A DNA stretch of 63,471 nucleotides, counting the filler, from Saprolegnia diclina VS20 (lineage: Eukaryota): the NCBI RefSeq assembly GCF_000281045.1. It is 12 parts of 2 records of this genome, joined end to end, with 100 filler letters (N's around TTAATTAATTAA, not from the genome) between each part and the next. Parts side by side here need not be neighbours in the genome. Positions count along the whole stretch, not along the records: positions 15,427 to 26,055 come from NW_008246159.1; positions 26,156 to 28,103 come from NW_008246159.1; positions 28,204 to 33,567 come from NW_008246159.1; 9 more parts are not named here. One strand, 5' to 3'. Below are positions 21,509 to 32,910 of the stretch, one piece after another. The first letter of the stretch is position 1; every line of letters begins with the position of its first letter. A program made the position numbers and the translations under genes. The notes beneath the pieces are model-generated. The model was not told the DNA's origin and searched no databases. It worked only from the letters and a program-made list of their open reading frames with translations.

Positions 21509-22181
21509 ACAAACACCAAGCTAAACGCAGTGGGCTTCTGGTAGACAAAAATCTGACACAGTTTGAAAATACATCGACGTATATTGTCCCATGAATATTG
21601 AAAGCAAGCTCATTTAAAAATACCGTATTGTGAGGGACATTGCGCCACATGCACGGCTGGGGCGCTGGCAATAGCTTGGTGTTTGTATGCAAAGGCACAA
21701 ATCCACCGTGTGGCGACGTATATTCATAGCGTGACGTATATTGCAGGACGAGCGCGCCTGTGGGCAATATGTTGGTCTTGCCGATCGCTGCAACAAGCAG
21801 CCTGCTGGCGAGGAACTAAGGTCACCTATGTATGATGACTCTTCTCGGTCCCTAAACACGCGCCTGTGCACCCGGCACAGAAAGGCCCTCGTCGTACCGT
21901 AGACAAGCCTCCATATTGCTCTCGCTCCTTCGTGCCAGCGCATTTTGGACAAGTTACTTTCATATTGGCAGTGCAATATTATGCCTCGCAAGTCCGTTCA
22001 ACGTGGCGTAACAGCGTCGCAAATACTAACTGTGTCGACGCAAACGATCGAGAGTATACACAACCCAAGCCAATGCCAAATTCCCATAAAAAAGCGCCGA
22101 CGTGGATACGCCGACCCATTACATATGATGCGCATTATCCGGACCGGCTGTCCACACTCTTGGCGCACTGCTTGACGATCG

Positions 22182-24350
22182 ATGCCCGAGTTTAGCTACA
22201 CGATCGTGGGCCCAGCGACCATCTACAGCCAGCACCCGATCGAGGCCGAGGCTGCCGGTCGTAGCCGCTCCCGGCGGCCGGCAACTAGCGAAAGCACCAA
22301 GAAGACCGTCGCCTTTGCCCGCGACTGCGCGTTGGCGTTCGCCAAGGACTGCATGGAGATGAACCACCGGGCGCTGGCGTCGACCAAGTCGTCGCCGAGC
22401 GTGCACTTTGACGATATGTCGCGGCAGTACTCGGTGCACGCGATGCTCGAGCTCCATGCGTCGCTCACCGACGTCCTCGAGGTGTTTGCGCAGGCGACGC
22501 CGGCCGCCGACCCGTTCTTGGCCCGCGTCTTTGACGGCGCGCTCGAGATGCGCGAAGTCACGAGCTACCCACCCACCGCGTCATCTAGCGATGTCGAGAT
22601 TAGCGCCACGAGCCTCAAGCGCGTGCGCTTCAACGCACGCGTCTTCAAGAAGGAGCTCGTGTGCCTCGAGCACATTGAGACGCTGACGCCAACGTCGATA
22701 GTGCGCTACTTCGAGTCGGTCGACGAGTCGGTCGGTCACGATGACTTGCCTCGCCACCACCGACTCACGTTTGGCTACTACTTTGAAAAAGTGTCGCGCT
22801 CCAACCGGCTACGCTTGACGTTTTACGGTAGCCACGTCTTGTCGTCGACCAAGCCCGCGACGAACCTCGGTGCCGACGAGACGTGCCGGTTTCTCAACAA
22901 GCTCGGCGACTCGATCTCGCTTTTGACCAAAATCGTGCTCCGGCGCCGGCTGGCGCTCGAGCTGCCGCAGTCGCACCGCATTCAGATGGACGCGCCGCCG
23001 CCACTGCCCGCGATCGCGAATGCATCGGCGTGCATGCACTGCAAGAAGACCTTTCGCCTCTTTCGCAAAGCCAACGAGTGCCAACTCTGCCACGGCAACG
23101 TCTGCGCCAAGTGTTGCCGCCACGAAGAAATCGAGACTGCTGACGGCCTCGTCACGCGCGTCCACGTGTGCCACGTGTGCTTCAAGCAAGTCCAAGACAA
23201 GTACGCCCACCAAGTCGCCACGAAACCGCGGTCGCAGTCGCGTCCGAACGACGAGAAGAAGGCTACCAATGCGACCACGACCATCGTCACCGTGTGTCGG
23301 TGCGGCCGGCCGTCGGCGGGTGCCTGCGGCTCGTGCGCGGCGCCGTGCTGTGCCCACTGCTCGGTGCGCGATCCCATCCCTGTCGGCGGCGGCACCGTGC
23401 TCGATCTGCAGCTGTGCCACGCGTGTGCGCTGCGGCACCGAGCGCAGACGACCGCGGTGGCGCGGTATTCTGACCCGATCATTCTCCACGACGAAGCGCC
23501 GTCGCACATGCACAACACAGAGCTCATGCGCACCGTGAGCTTGAGTGAAAAGAAGGCATCGAGCTCGAAGCAGCGCTACCTCCGCCAGAATAAACCTGTG
23601 TTGCTCTTCGACCCGGCTGACCTGCCGCTTTTGCCCGAACTCGACGAGCCGGCCCGTGCCTCCCGCAACTCGTCGTCCAACAACTCCAAGCTCGAGGACG
23701 GACTGCGCGTGTCGCAAGGCTCGTCCAACCACAGTCGCCGGAGCTCACTGCCGCCGCCCGCGCCGTCTCCGATGTACCCAACCACCACCCACGCTCCAAT
23801 GACCACCACGCCGAAGGTCGGCACACCGGTGGCGGCGACACCGGTGGTTGCCACCGAGGCGGAAGAGACGTTGGTGGACCAGATCCGGCACTTTGCGTGT
23901 CTTGACGTCGGCACCAACGACGTCCACGACGCCTTTTGCCGATCCGCAACCACAGACATGGACTGTGCAAATGCGTACGTCACGCTGATTTACCAAGGCG
24001 CGTACATCCTCAAGGGCGCCTTTGGCGCCTCGGTACCGGCGCAGGTGCCGGCCGATTGCGCGTTGACGGCGGCAACGCTCGCCAACGATCTCTTGGTCGT
24101 ACCCGACGCCTCGGCCGACGTCCGCTTCCTAACGTCGCCTCGCGTCACCGGAAAAGAGCGGGTTCGCTTTTACTGCGGTCTGCCGATCGTTACGATGGAC
24201 GGCCTCGTGCTGGGCACCGTGGCCGTCGCCGACGCCGCGCCGCGTCTGCGCATGCCGTCAGCGCACTTGGCGGCGATGCAGGCATTTCAAAGCGCTGTCG
24301 TGGAGCTCATCGAATCGCGGCTTCAAGCTGCGCTCGAATCCAACGACTAA
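22182..24350 (+). CDS. Oomycete START-like / FYVE-like / GAF domain protein
   Basis: CMHCKKTFRLFRKANECQLCHGNVCAKC...VCHVC, a second degenerate Zn finger, and GAF motif DASADVRF...VRFYCGLPI. Confidence 0.85.
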   Translation: MPEFSYTIVGPATIYSQHPIEAEAAGRSRSRRPATSESTKKTVAFARDCALAFAKDCMEMNHRALASTKSSPSVHFDDMSRQYSVHAMLELHASLTDVLEVFAQATPAADPFLARVFDGALEMREVTSYPPTASSSDVEISATSLKRVRFNARVFKKELVCLEHIETLTPTSIVRYFESVDESVGHDDLPRHHRLTFGYYFEKVSRSNRLRLTFYGSHVLSSTKPATNLGADETCRFLNKLGDSISLLTKIVLRRRLALELPQSHRIQMDAPPPLPAIANASACMHCKKTFRLFRKANECQLCHGNVCAKCCRHEEIETADGLVTRVHVCHVCFKQVQDKYAHQVATKPRSQSRPNDEKKATNATTTIVTVCRCGRPSAGACGSCAAPCCAHCSVRDPIPVGGGTVLDLQLCHACALRHRAQTTAVARYSDPIILHDEAPSHMHNTELMRTVSLSEKKASSSKQRYLRQNKPVLLFDPADLPLLPELDEPARASRNSSSNNSKLEDGLRVSQGSSNHSRRSSLPPPAPSPMYPTTTHAPMTTTPKVGTPVAATPVVATEAEETLVDQIRHFACLDVGTNDVHDAFCRSATTDMDCANAYVTLIYQGAYILKGAFGASVPAQVPADCALTAATLANDLLVVPDASADVRFLTSPRVTGKERVRFYCGLPIVTMDGLVLGTVAVADAAPRLRMPSAHLAAMQAFQSAVVELIESRLQAALESND

Positions 24351-24603
24351 GTTGAGACACTAGTAGACGGCATATCGGGCTGACAGGAATACACACTAAA
24401 TGATTCTTATCGTGCAGTAACAGTGCGTGTTGTACTAGCATGCAACAGTGCGAAGCCCAACGCGTCACCGGACATTTTATCTCCACAGCCCGCGCGTACG
24501 TACGAGTTTAGTTGCCATATAACTAGACCAGATTCGGTAGAAACTAGATGCTTTAGAAAATACATGCCTCGATTCATCATGATAACCATGCTCAAACCTG
24601 GCG

Positions 24604-26055
24604 TCAACAAATGCGGTGGAGGGGTAGGACAGAGGCCGGGTCCAAGAAACTCTTGGAGTCGGGCGTGGCCGTGAAATGCCGCCAGCTCTTGATGTCAAAC
24701 ACATGTATAACGCCGCGCACTCGCCACGTGAACAAGCCCGTCATCGCGGCCGACATGCGGTCCAAGTAGACGTGACCGTCTACTGTCCAGTTGGCCATTT
24801 CCAACGAGTAGACACTCGTCGCATTGAGCAAGAGCGACGGTTTGGGTGGCGCCAAGAGATGCGGATACCGTAGTCGCTCGATAAGAGCCGCCAGAATGAC
24901 ACTCCCGAGACAGAGACCGACGTCAACGCCAACGCGGCTCCAATGACCAAGCTCGACGTAGCCGCTCGTGCAGCTCAGAGCTACGTCCATGTCAATGTAC
25001 CGGCAGCTTCGGCGCACGTAGGCAGTGTAGTATTGAGGCGCGGCAAACCTCCACGCCACTGCGACTATGCAAGCTGCGACCGAGCTCTTCCAGGCGTAGA
25101 GGAGCGTATACTGCCGCGTAACACAGCTGAAGAGGTCGTTGGCGATGTAGACCAGCCATGTGAGCTCGGATGTAGCAAGGAACGTCGGGAACCACTCTAG
25201 CGGCGATGCCTGAAAGCGAGCACCGACGCCGAACGCCTGGAGCTGCAAGGGCGGTGTGTTGAGCAGCCAAAGCGCCGTGATACCGCGAATGATGAGCAGC
25301 GTCCGACCAATCCACGCGTGGCCAATGAGTCGGTTTACCGAGAAAAGGTTCATGCCTTCAATGTAGCCGCGGCAAACAAAGATAGCGTAGTAGGCAGCAA
25401 CTCCCGCACCCACCATGATGGCGCCCGTGACGTACCGGACACACTGCTGACAGACGTACGAGAGGCGTGTCGGGATCGCCGCTTCGGTTGGCAAGAGCGT
25501 GGAGAGGAGCGTAAAGCGGGACATGCCCGTGACCGTGCCGCCGTCGCCTTGAAACGAGACAACTTCGCGCTGACCGACAACCCACTCGGCCAGATAGTTC
25601 CAGCCAAAGAACGTCCAGGAGCGGTCGGTCGGATCCAGAATATTGATTCGGTATAGCTCGATGACGCCGCTACGATTGACGTACTGGGTCATTTCAATCG
25701 AGAGAGATCGGGTGTCGGTCTCGGCTGCAACTGCCAATGCTTGGAGAGTTGCTGCATCTGGAAAGAAGGCTGTTACATAGGTGTAGGACGCGTCGTAGAT
25801 GGCCTCGCAGTTGGGCTCGGCGTAAACATCACTTGCACAAAAAGCGGCGAAGTCAAACTTTGGCTGAAGTCGATGGACGGCGTCAAAGCCCGAGAGGGCA
25901 AAGATAAGACCGGTCCTAGATGGGGTAAAGAAGTCCAGGTACCGCCAGCCGCATACCATGTCGATACCAAAGAGCGTCAGCAGTGCGCCTGATGGTGGGG
26001 TTCCCGGAAGGTCGCTGCCGCACATGAGGTTACCCCCCACGAGGCGCACGCTTGT
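24604..26055 (-). CDS. Large multi-pass membrane protein, C-terminal part; paralog of 15427-17047
   Basis: Highly similar to the + strand copy; ends FDIKSWR...LHRIC*; 5' truncated by a linker. Confidence 0.82.
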   Translation of the reverse strand, partial: TSVRLVGGNLMCGSDLPGTPPSGALLTLFGIDMVCGWRYLDFFTPSRTGLIFALSGFDAVHRLQPKFDFAAFCASDVYAEPNCEAIYDASYTYVTAFFPDAATLQALAVAAETDTRSLSIEMTQYVNRSGVIELYRINILDPTDRSWTFFGWNYLAEWVVGQREVVSFQGDGGTVTGMSRFTLLSTLLPTEAAIPTRLSYVCQQCVRYVTGAIMVGAGVAAYYAIFVCRGYIEGMNLFSVNRLIGHAWIGRTLLIIRGITALWLLNTPPLQLQAFGVGARFQASPLEWFPTFLATSELTWLVYIANDLFSCVTRQYTLLYAWKSSVAACIVAVAWRFAAPQYYTAYVRRSCRYIDMDVALSCTSGYVELGHWSRVGVDVGLCLGSVILAALIERLRYPHLLAPPKPSLLLNATSVYSLEMANWTVDGHVYLDRMSAAMTGLFTWRVRGVIHVFDIKSWRHFTATPDSKSFLDPASVLPLHRIC

Positions 26056-26155
26056 NNNNNNNNNNNNNNNNNNNNNNNNNNNNNNNNNNNNNNNNNNNNT
26101 TAATTAATTAANNNNNNNNNNNNNNNNNNNNNNNNNNNNNNNNNNNNNNNNNNNN

Positions 26156-27888
26156 ACGGTTGGTAAGGCCTCGGACGCTTTGACGGCCACTGGCGACGAT
26201 GCACGGCTGGACGCAACCGAAGGTGCCGGCGGCGGCGCGCGAGTCGAAGCCGTTGTCGTTGGAGCGGTCGATGAGACCGTCGATGAGGTGGGCGAAGCGC
26301 TCCTTGCTTTGGTTCGGGGATCAGACGCGCTGCGGTAGTTGGTCGCCCGTTGCCGATGGCTGTCGTCGTTGCTCCTGTCATGCGAATCGCTTGGCAGCGT
26401 CACGTGGCGGCGGGACGACAACGTGTCACTGCTGTTACGACTCGACGAAGCGTCGGCCAAGTAGACAGTGCGTCCACCTCCCGTCGCCATGTCCGACAGC
26501 AGTGTACGTTGAATCTTGGCCGGCGACATCGGCGGGTCACTTTGTGGGCGCTTGAGTCGATCGTCAATGCTGTCACCCTTGCTAACGGTAAAGTCTACGG
26601 ATGACTTGTTGATGCCACCGAGGTTGACGATCGTTGTGNNNNNNNNNNNNNNNNNNNNNNNNNNNNNNNNNNNNNNNNNNNNNNNNNNNNNNNNNNNNNN
26701 NNNNNNNNNNNNNNNNNNNNNNNNNNNNNNNNNNNNNNGTGGCGGTGGCCGGAGGTCCTGTGGGCGGACCAGAGCAACATTCGTTGTACTACTACTAGCA
26801 CTCGTCTGAAGGAGTCGATCCAGGTCTTGGCTCCATGCGTCGGATGCAGGCACAGCATCTTGTAGCTTCCACCCGGTCGCACTTGCCGTCCACGCCGACG
26901 GCATGGGCGCGAGCACTGGTTGGTACGGGAAGGGCGTGGTCGGCGGTGGCACGACCGGCGTCACGTGCACCGCCAGCGGACTGCTGCTGCTCGGTGGCGG
27001 TAAAATGGCTTTGGTCGTCGAGCGCTCTCTGCTCGAGTGGCGTGCATACTCTATGTAGTCGGTCTTCTTGTCGCCATACCTCAACGCTTGCTCGGCCGCG
27101 TACTCTCGATCGCGCTGCTCCTTGCGCAGGCGCACGCGCTCGTAGCCGGTGCTGATGGCCTTGATGCTCGCCGTGTGGGCTGCATAGAGATTCTCGAGCG
27201 TCCCCGTGAGGACGAAGAGCGTCTTCTGTGGGAGGTTGGGCACGCTCCTGAGCACCTTGGCCTCGACGCGAAGCTCTTGGTACATCGCCGACATGCGCGA
27301 GTTGTCGACGTCCATGACGTCACGGTCGAGCAAGACGAGGCGGAGTGCATAGACGAGGCGACTCGGGTCCGCTGGCAGCGCCTCATAGGCAGCCTGCACT
27401 TGGTGGAGCCGATTGCAAGCGGCCTTGACGTTGTCGGCCGTGCCCGTAATGTGCAGCCGCCGCATCGGCAGTGCCATGACCATCTCCTCGACCTCTTTGA
27501 TGTAAACGCGCGTGTGCGTGGCGCTTGCGACTTGCTGGAGGCGCGCCGACGCATGCTCCAAGAGGTACGCCGCAAAGTCCGATCGAATATGCACCACCGA
27601 CTTGTCGTGCATGTACTTGACAGTCTCGAAGGTTGCCGTGTACTTGTCGCGCAGGATCTCCTGTATGCGCGCCACGAGCACATGCATGCCATCGTCGATC
27701 TGGCGCGGCGTGCCCGAGACGCAGAGGATGCGGCAGTCCTTGTACACGTGGGCGTCGACGAGGTACATGAGGCAGCTGGCAGACCGTGCGAGCTCCTTGA
27801 GCTCCGTGCCCGAGCGCGCGTTGAGGATCTGGGCCACGTCGCCGGGCACGAGCATGAACGTCTTGGTGTACGACTTGGCCTCCCCCAT
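26156..27888 (-). CDS. Multi-KH-domain RNA-binding-like protein with low-complexity tail (gapped, 3' partial)
   Basis: RILCVSGTPRQID, RRLHITGTADNVKAA and FVLTGTLENLYAA KH-type segments; GxxG loops degenerate; ATG at 27888. Confidence 0.7.
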
Positions 27889-28203
27889 GCGTTCGGTCGC
27901 CACCGCAATAAAATATGGAGTTGCGTTTCTCTAGACTCGCCCACCCACCGCCAGCCAGTGTTTCAACACAGCGGTCCATACACTGTCTCCGACACATTGA
28001 CGTCAGTGAACAAAGCTCCGACGTCATTAGCTCTGGCTACAGGTATGGCGTGGCTGTCTGAAGGCGAGAGGCCACCGCACCTCGCTCCTGGGCGACAGCA
28101 CTGNNNNNNNNNNNNNNNNNNNNNNNNNNNNNNNNNNNNNNNNNNNNTTAATTAATTAANNNNNNNNNNNNNNNNNNNNNNNNNNNNNNNNNNNNNNNNN
28201 NNN

Positions 28204-28787
28204 TTGACATGCCGTACGTCGCGGTCGAGCAAGACGAGGCGGAGTGTATGGACGAGGCGAGTCGGGTCCGCTGGCAACGCTTCAAAGTCGACTTGCACTT
28301 GGCGGAGCCGGTTGCAGGCGTCCTTGACGTTGTCGGCCGCGCCTGTAATGTGCAGCCGCCGTGTCGGCATCGCCATGGCCATGCGTTCGACGTCCGTGAT
28401 GTAGATGCGCGTGTGCGTGGCGTCGGCGACGTGCTGGAGGCGCGCCGACGAATGTTCCGAGAGGTACTCCGCAAAGTCGGACTTGATATGCACCACCGAC
28501 TTGTCGTGCATGTACATGACGGTCTCGAAGGTCGGCTTGGTCTTGGCGCGCAAAAGCTTCTGCATGCATGCCACGAGCACGCGCAGGCCCGCGTCAATCT
28601 CGCTCAGCGAGCCCGAGAGGCAGAGGATGCGGCAGTCCTTGTACACGTGGGCGTCGACGAGGTACATGAGGCAGTTGACCGACCGCCCGAGCTCCTTGAG
28701 CTCCACGCCCGAGCGCGCGTTGAGGTTCTGGGCCATGTCGCTCGACACGAGCATGAACGTCTTGGTGTACGACTTGGACTCCGCCAT
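28204..28787 (-). CDS. KH-domain protein paralog (3' truncated by linker)
   Basis: Highly similar to the N-terminus of the 27888 gene. Confidence 0.72.
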
Positions 28788-29438
28788 GCGCTCCGTCGTG
28801 CTGCTGGCTCCTCCTGATACGATATGCGTTTCTCAAAATTCGCCCACCCAACCAAAAACGACCAGCCAGCGTTTCAAATACACTGTCTTGAACACGATCT
28901 ATGGAAACAGTGGCTCGGACTCTGTTTCGGGCATCCCCAGCACTGCGTCTGGTGGGAAATTGTCGCGTCACTACTATTACCAAGGGTATATAAGAGATGC
29001 ATCGCTTATATATACCTTTGCTATAACATACCAAACTCCGCCGCCTCTTCCTCGTTCCCACACTTCAAACTCTGTACTGCATACACTGTTTCGCGCTGGC
29101 CGCCTCGATCAGCTCGTCCGAGGACGCCTGCCTCGTTGACGCCAACCCAACTTTTTCTCAAACAACCAGCAGCAAACTGCTTGTCGAGACCGTCCGAACT
29201 CAGATGTACTCGGTTTAGAGAATACTGCTATAGGTTCGGCGCGAGGGCTTGAAGCGCGCGCTGCGCATCCAGCGTATCGGTCCACGCGCCTGTGATCGAG
29301 AGCGTGTAGTAGTTGGCGTCCGCTGCGTCAGGCTACAAGCCATTCCTAAGCGTCCAACCAAGATGCCCCGACGTACCTCCAATCGCACGGTCGCCTTGGC
29401 ACCGGCCACCACCTACACACCATCACTCTGAATAGGTA

Positions 29439-31757
29439 TCAACTTGATACTTGTGACACCTGTTGCAAACCGCTTTGCACGAGACGCAACGCAATTGAGC
29501 GCGCGATGCGGCTCGTGACGCGCGTCGGCTGCGCGCAGAGCGTAGAGTCGGCGGGCATCTCGTGTCGCACGCGCTTGCCGTCGGTGCGCTCCGAGGCATC
29601 CGCCTTCCGCTTCCCTGCCCCTGCCCGCGGCGCTTCTGAGAGACCGTGTGCGAGGGCCGAGGCGCTCGTCGGGCGTCGGGACGCAGCACTGGCAGGCTCG
29701 AGACGGGGCTCGGGCTTGATGTAAACCTCGGTGGCGGGCTGCACTGGCTCGGCTTGCACCACCGGATGACTCGAGAGAGGTTGAAAGCCAGGTTGATCGG
29801 GCCCAGCGACTGGCGTAGCGCGGGTAGGCACAGCACGGGGCTCGGGTTTGATGTAAACCTCGGTGGCGGACTGCACTGGCGCTGTCTGCACCACTGGATG
29901 ACTCGAGGGCATCGGTGGTATAGCGGCGTGCACACGACGGGTCTCTCGGGGTCGAATGCTGTGTGGGTTCGACATAGCGCGGACAGGCTCATGACGAGGC
30001 TCGGGCTTGACGTAAACCTCCGTGGCGGGCTGCACCGGCTCGGCTTGCACCACCGGATGAATCAAGGCAACCGGTGCACAAGGCAGGTCGCGATGTTGCG
30101 CGACCGGTTGGTGTGGTGTCGGCGGCAGCGACTGAAGCGGCTCTGGCTTGACGACAACGTCAGCAGTCGGGCTCTCTCGGTCAGCTGGGGAAGCCAGTGG
30201 CGCATCACGACGTGCAGGAACGTGTGGTTGCAGGGCAGCAGAAGGCGACCCGACCGACGGCTCGGGCTTGATCACCACAGACGGTGCAGGAGACGCTGCA
30301 ATTGCGGGTGGACCTATCGGTGGTTGTGGGCGAGGCGACGGGAGTTGCCGTGGTTGCGACAGAGGTGCAGTGACGGCATGCTGTAGAGACTGACCGACCG
30401 ACGGCCGAGGATCAAGATTCGGCTTGGGCTTGGCCATGATGGAGGGTACACGCGGCGGAGCTGGACGGGCGACGACCAAGACTTCTGGGCGTACGTGCGA
30501 GCTTGTCGCTTCGTGGCGTGGCGACGGGACGTGCTCTTGCACCAAAGACGCAGTCACGCGTGGCGGCATGGGTGCTCGATCGACCGGTGGCCGTAGCTCG
30601 GTATTTGGCTCGGGTTTGACAACGACAGGCAATGGCGATGCGGCACGAGCGGGTGGTTGCAGCGACTGTGCGGGCTCGAGCTGCATGGAGCTGGGCTCTT
30701 GCTGCAGCAAGGACGTTGCGTGCAGTGGAACGCAGTGCTGAGGCGCCATCAGTCGCGCTGGCGGCGGAGCGCGTTGTCGCAGCAACCGAGGATCGCGGCT
30801 AGGGATCGAGACCCGCCCAATCTCGTTCAAGTCGATGGTCCCACGAGCCGCTGCGACCGTTGCCTCGCGCTTGACTTCTAAAGGTGCTCTTGGTGCGTCC
30901 GACTCTGCGCTCACATGCGGCGCCAGAGCTGGCTCGCTCTGGAACGCTTTCGGGACAGGCCGTGCGCGCTGTCGCTCCGTCGGCGGCCCCCGTTCGCGGC
31001 TTCGGCGGCGCGCGTTCGATGGCGCAGGTCGACTGGACGTAACCTTAGCGGCGACGTACATGGTGGCTTGGATGACCTCGTGCTTGCAGCCCGAGATGGC
31101 CAGCACCGATCGGTCGCGCGTCCCCGACGACGTCGAAACGCTGACGGTGAAGCGCGAGCCAAGTTGCTCGATCACTTGGTCGCACGTCGCGAGGTCGCTG
31201 CTCTTGAGGACGCACTTGAGCACGACTTCGTCGCCTTGCAGCTGCTGGGAAAGCCGCCACGCTTCATGGCGCTGCAAGCTCGCGTCGAGCTTGGCCACGA
31301 TCGCATGCACCTCGGGCTCGGTGCCCACGACTTGCACCTGTCGCTTCGTGATGCCAATCGACATCTCTTCGGTCGGCGCAATGAGCATGTCGCCGCTGCC
31401 ATCGACCAGAAGCGCGTCAACCAGGTCGCGCCGCGACGAGAGCACGTTGGCAAAGTGGCTCGGGATATACAGCGACGCCTTGCCGTACACGTAGCGGTAC
31501 GCGGCCGTGCACGGCAGCCGGCGCGCTTCTGCCGACAGGCGCTGGACGTGGTCCATCGCCGCGGCCAGCGCGCGGCCGACCTGGTCCGGGTCGCCGGCGA
31601 CCACGAGGAGGCGGGTGTTGGCGACGGGCGAGAGGTGCGACGCCTCGACGTGAACCTTGCAGCGCGCTTCGGATGCGATCGCGCGGACGTCGGTCCCGTC
31701 AAAGTCCCGGCGGCCGATCGTCTTGGGCACAAGGACCTCGCACATCGTCCGTGTCAT
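29439..31757 (-). CDS. Divergent KH-domain protein with Pro-rich tail bearing repeated [VI]KPEP motifs
   Basis: RLLVVAGDPDQV, RQVQVVGTEPEV and VLAISGCKHEV KH-like segments; three VVQ.EPVQ.ATEVY[VI]KPEPR-like repeats. Confidence 0.7.
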   Translation of the reverse strand: MTRTMCEVLVPKTIGRRDFDGTDVRAIASEARCKVHVEASHLSPVANTRLLVVAGDPDQVGRALAAAMDHVQRLSAEARRLPCTAAYRYVYGKASLYIPSHFANVLSSRRDLVDALLVDGSGDMLIAPTEEMSIGITKRQVQVVGTEPEVHAIVAKLDASLQRHEAWRLSQQLQGDEVVLKCVLKSSDLATCDQVIEQLGSRFTVSVSTSSGTRDRSVLAISGCKHEVIQATMYVAAKVTSSRPAPSNARRRSRERGPPTERQRARPVPKAFQSEPALAPHVSAESDAPRAPLEVKREATVAAARGTIDLNEIGRVSIPSRDPRLLRQRAPPPARLMAPQHCVPLHATSLLQQEPSSMQLEPAQSLQPPARAASPLPVVVKPEPNTELRPPVDRAPMPPRVTASLVQEHVPSPRHEATSSHVRPEVLVVARPAPPRVPSIMAKPKPNLDPRPSVGQSLQHAVTAPLSQPRQLPSPRPQPPIGPPAIAASPAPSVVIKPEPSVGSPSAALQPHVPARRDAPLASPADRESPTADVVVKPEPLQSLPPTPHQPVAQHRDLPCAPVALIHPVVQAEPVQPATEVYVKPEPRHEPVRAMSNPHSIRPRETRRVHAAIPPMPSSHPVVQTAPVQSATEVYIKPEPRAVPTRATPVAGPDQPGFQPLSSHPVVQAEPVQPATEVYIKPEPRLEPASAASRRPTSASALAHGLSEAPRAGAGKRKADASERTDGKRVRHEMPADSTLCAQPTRVTSRIARSIALRLVQSGLQQVSQVSS

Positions 31758-32569
31758 GATGGCCTGTCTTCTTCAACTGCCGAATGCATTGTATTACATA
31801 CAAAACCCAAGTCGATTATTATAATACCAGCACATGGCTCGAGGTGCTTGCTCGTTCGCACTGCCGCAGCCTCCCAGCGCGTACGCGTCTAGGACGCTCA
31901 GGAGAGCTTCTCGATGTGCGCAGAGCAGTCTCGGCGAGCTGGCGTTGCTCAACAATTCATTTTGAGTTTGAGGTTCGCGCGCTTTTGAGTCTACTATCAC
32001 GCAGGCGGGAACGCCACGTAGTCGCGCTGTTGTCGTGCGTCTCTTCTTACCTGCGATGGAGATCGACTACATTTATAAAAGTGAGTTCGACTGGGACTCG
32101 AGGTGGACCAGAATGGATCCGCACTGCAGGCCGAGTGGAGCTCAAGAGAGTGGTATGTACAAGCGGCTCGAAGCGACTTGGCAGTCGCGTGTCTACGTTC
32201 AAGGGGACCCTGACCACGAAGCCCACAGCACCACGACCTCTCAGGGATGGTGGCGAGCGCTCGGCCGTGTTGACAATGCCAGTTCAAGTCCCGATTACTT
32301 CAAATTCGAATGTAGTTGGCCGAGCGTGGCGCCGTGAAGCACGCGACGACACGGATGCCACGTGCGTTCGTCACGGTAAGATGACACGTTGGACTGGCCA
32401 CATCACTCAACTGCGTTGGGATGCAAGAAGCGAGGGACAACGACACGGTGTAGTCATCCACCTGCGTCCAACGCCAATGGCTCAATTCCTCCTGCTCGTA
32501 CGATGTATGGTCTTGTTGTCCTGAGTAAACATGGCTATTATGTGCATGAGTCCACGCGCACGAATGCGC

Positions 32570-32910
32570 TTGCTGGACGCGCCGCCCACCGACGACAATC
32601 TCACGTGTGTCATCTTTGTCAACTGACCCACCGACTAGCTCAACGCGCACTTCCCGCCACCGCCCAGCGGGACGCTCGTTGGGCGCGTGCTCGGTCAATT
32701 GGGCTTGAAAGACGCAGCCGATATGACGCAGCTCGTCTCGGCGTTCGAGTCGGGCAGCGGGCCATGGTGTCGACGTCGGTGTCGTGCGAAGGCGTCGACT
32801 TTTCGATGTGTGCGATGGTCATTTGCGCCGACCCGATCGCCGCATGAGGTGGGCTTCTTGACATTCATTGCACTAGGCGAACGATCGGGGTAGGCGCGGA
32901 GTCGCGCATG
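32570..32910 (+). pseudogene. Degraded SF2 helicase C-terminal (Dicer/RIG-I/FANCM-like) fragment
   Basis: Reads CVIFVN*...QLVSAFESG, then after a frameshift VSTSVSCEGVDFSMCAMVICADP (motif V-like); contains stops and frameshifts. Confidence 0.5.
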
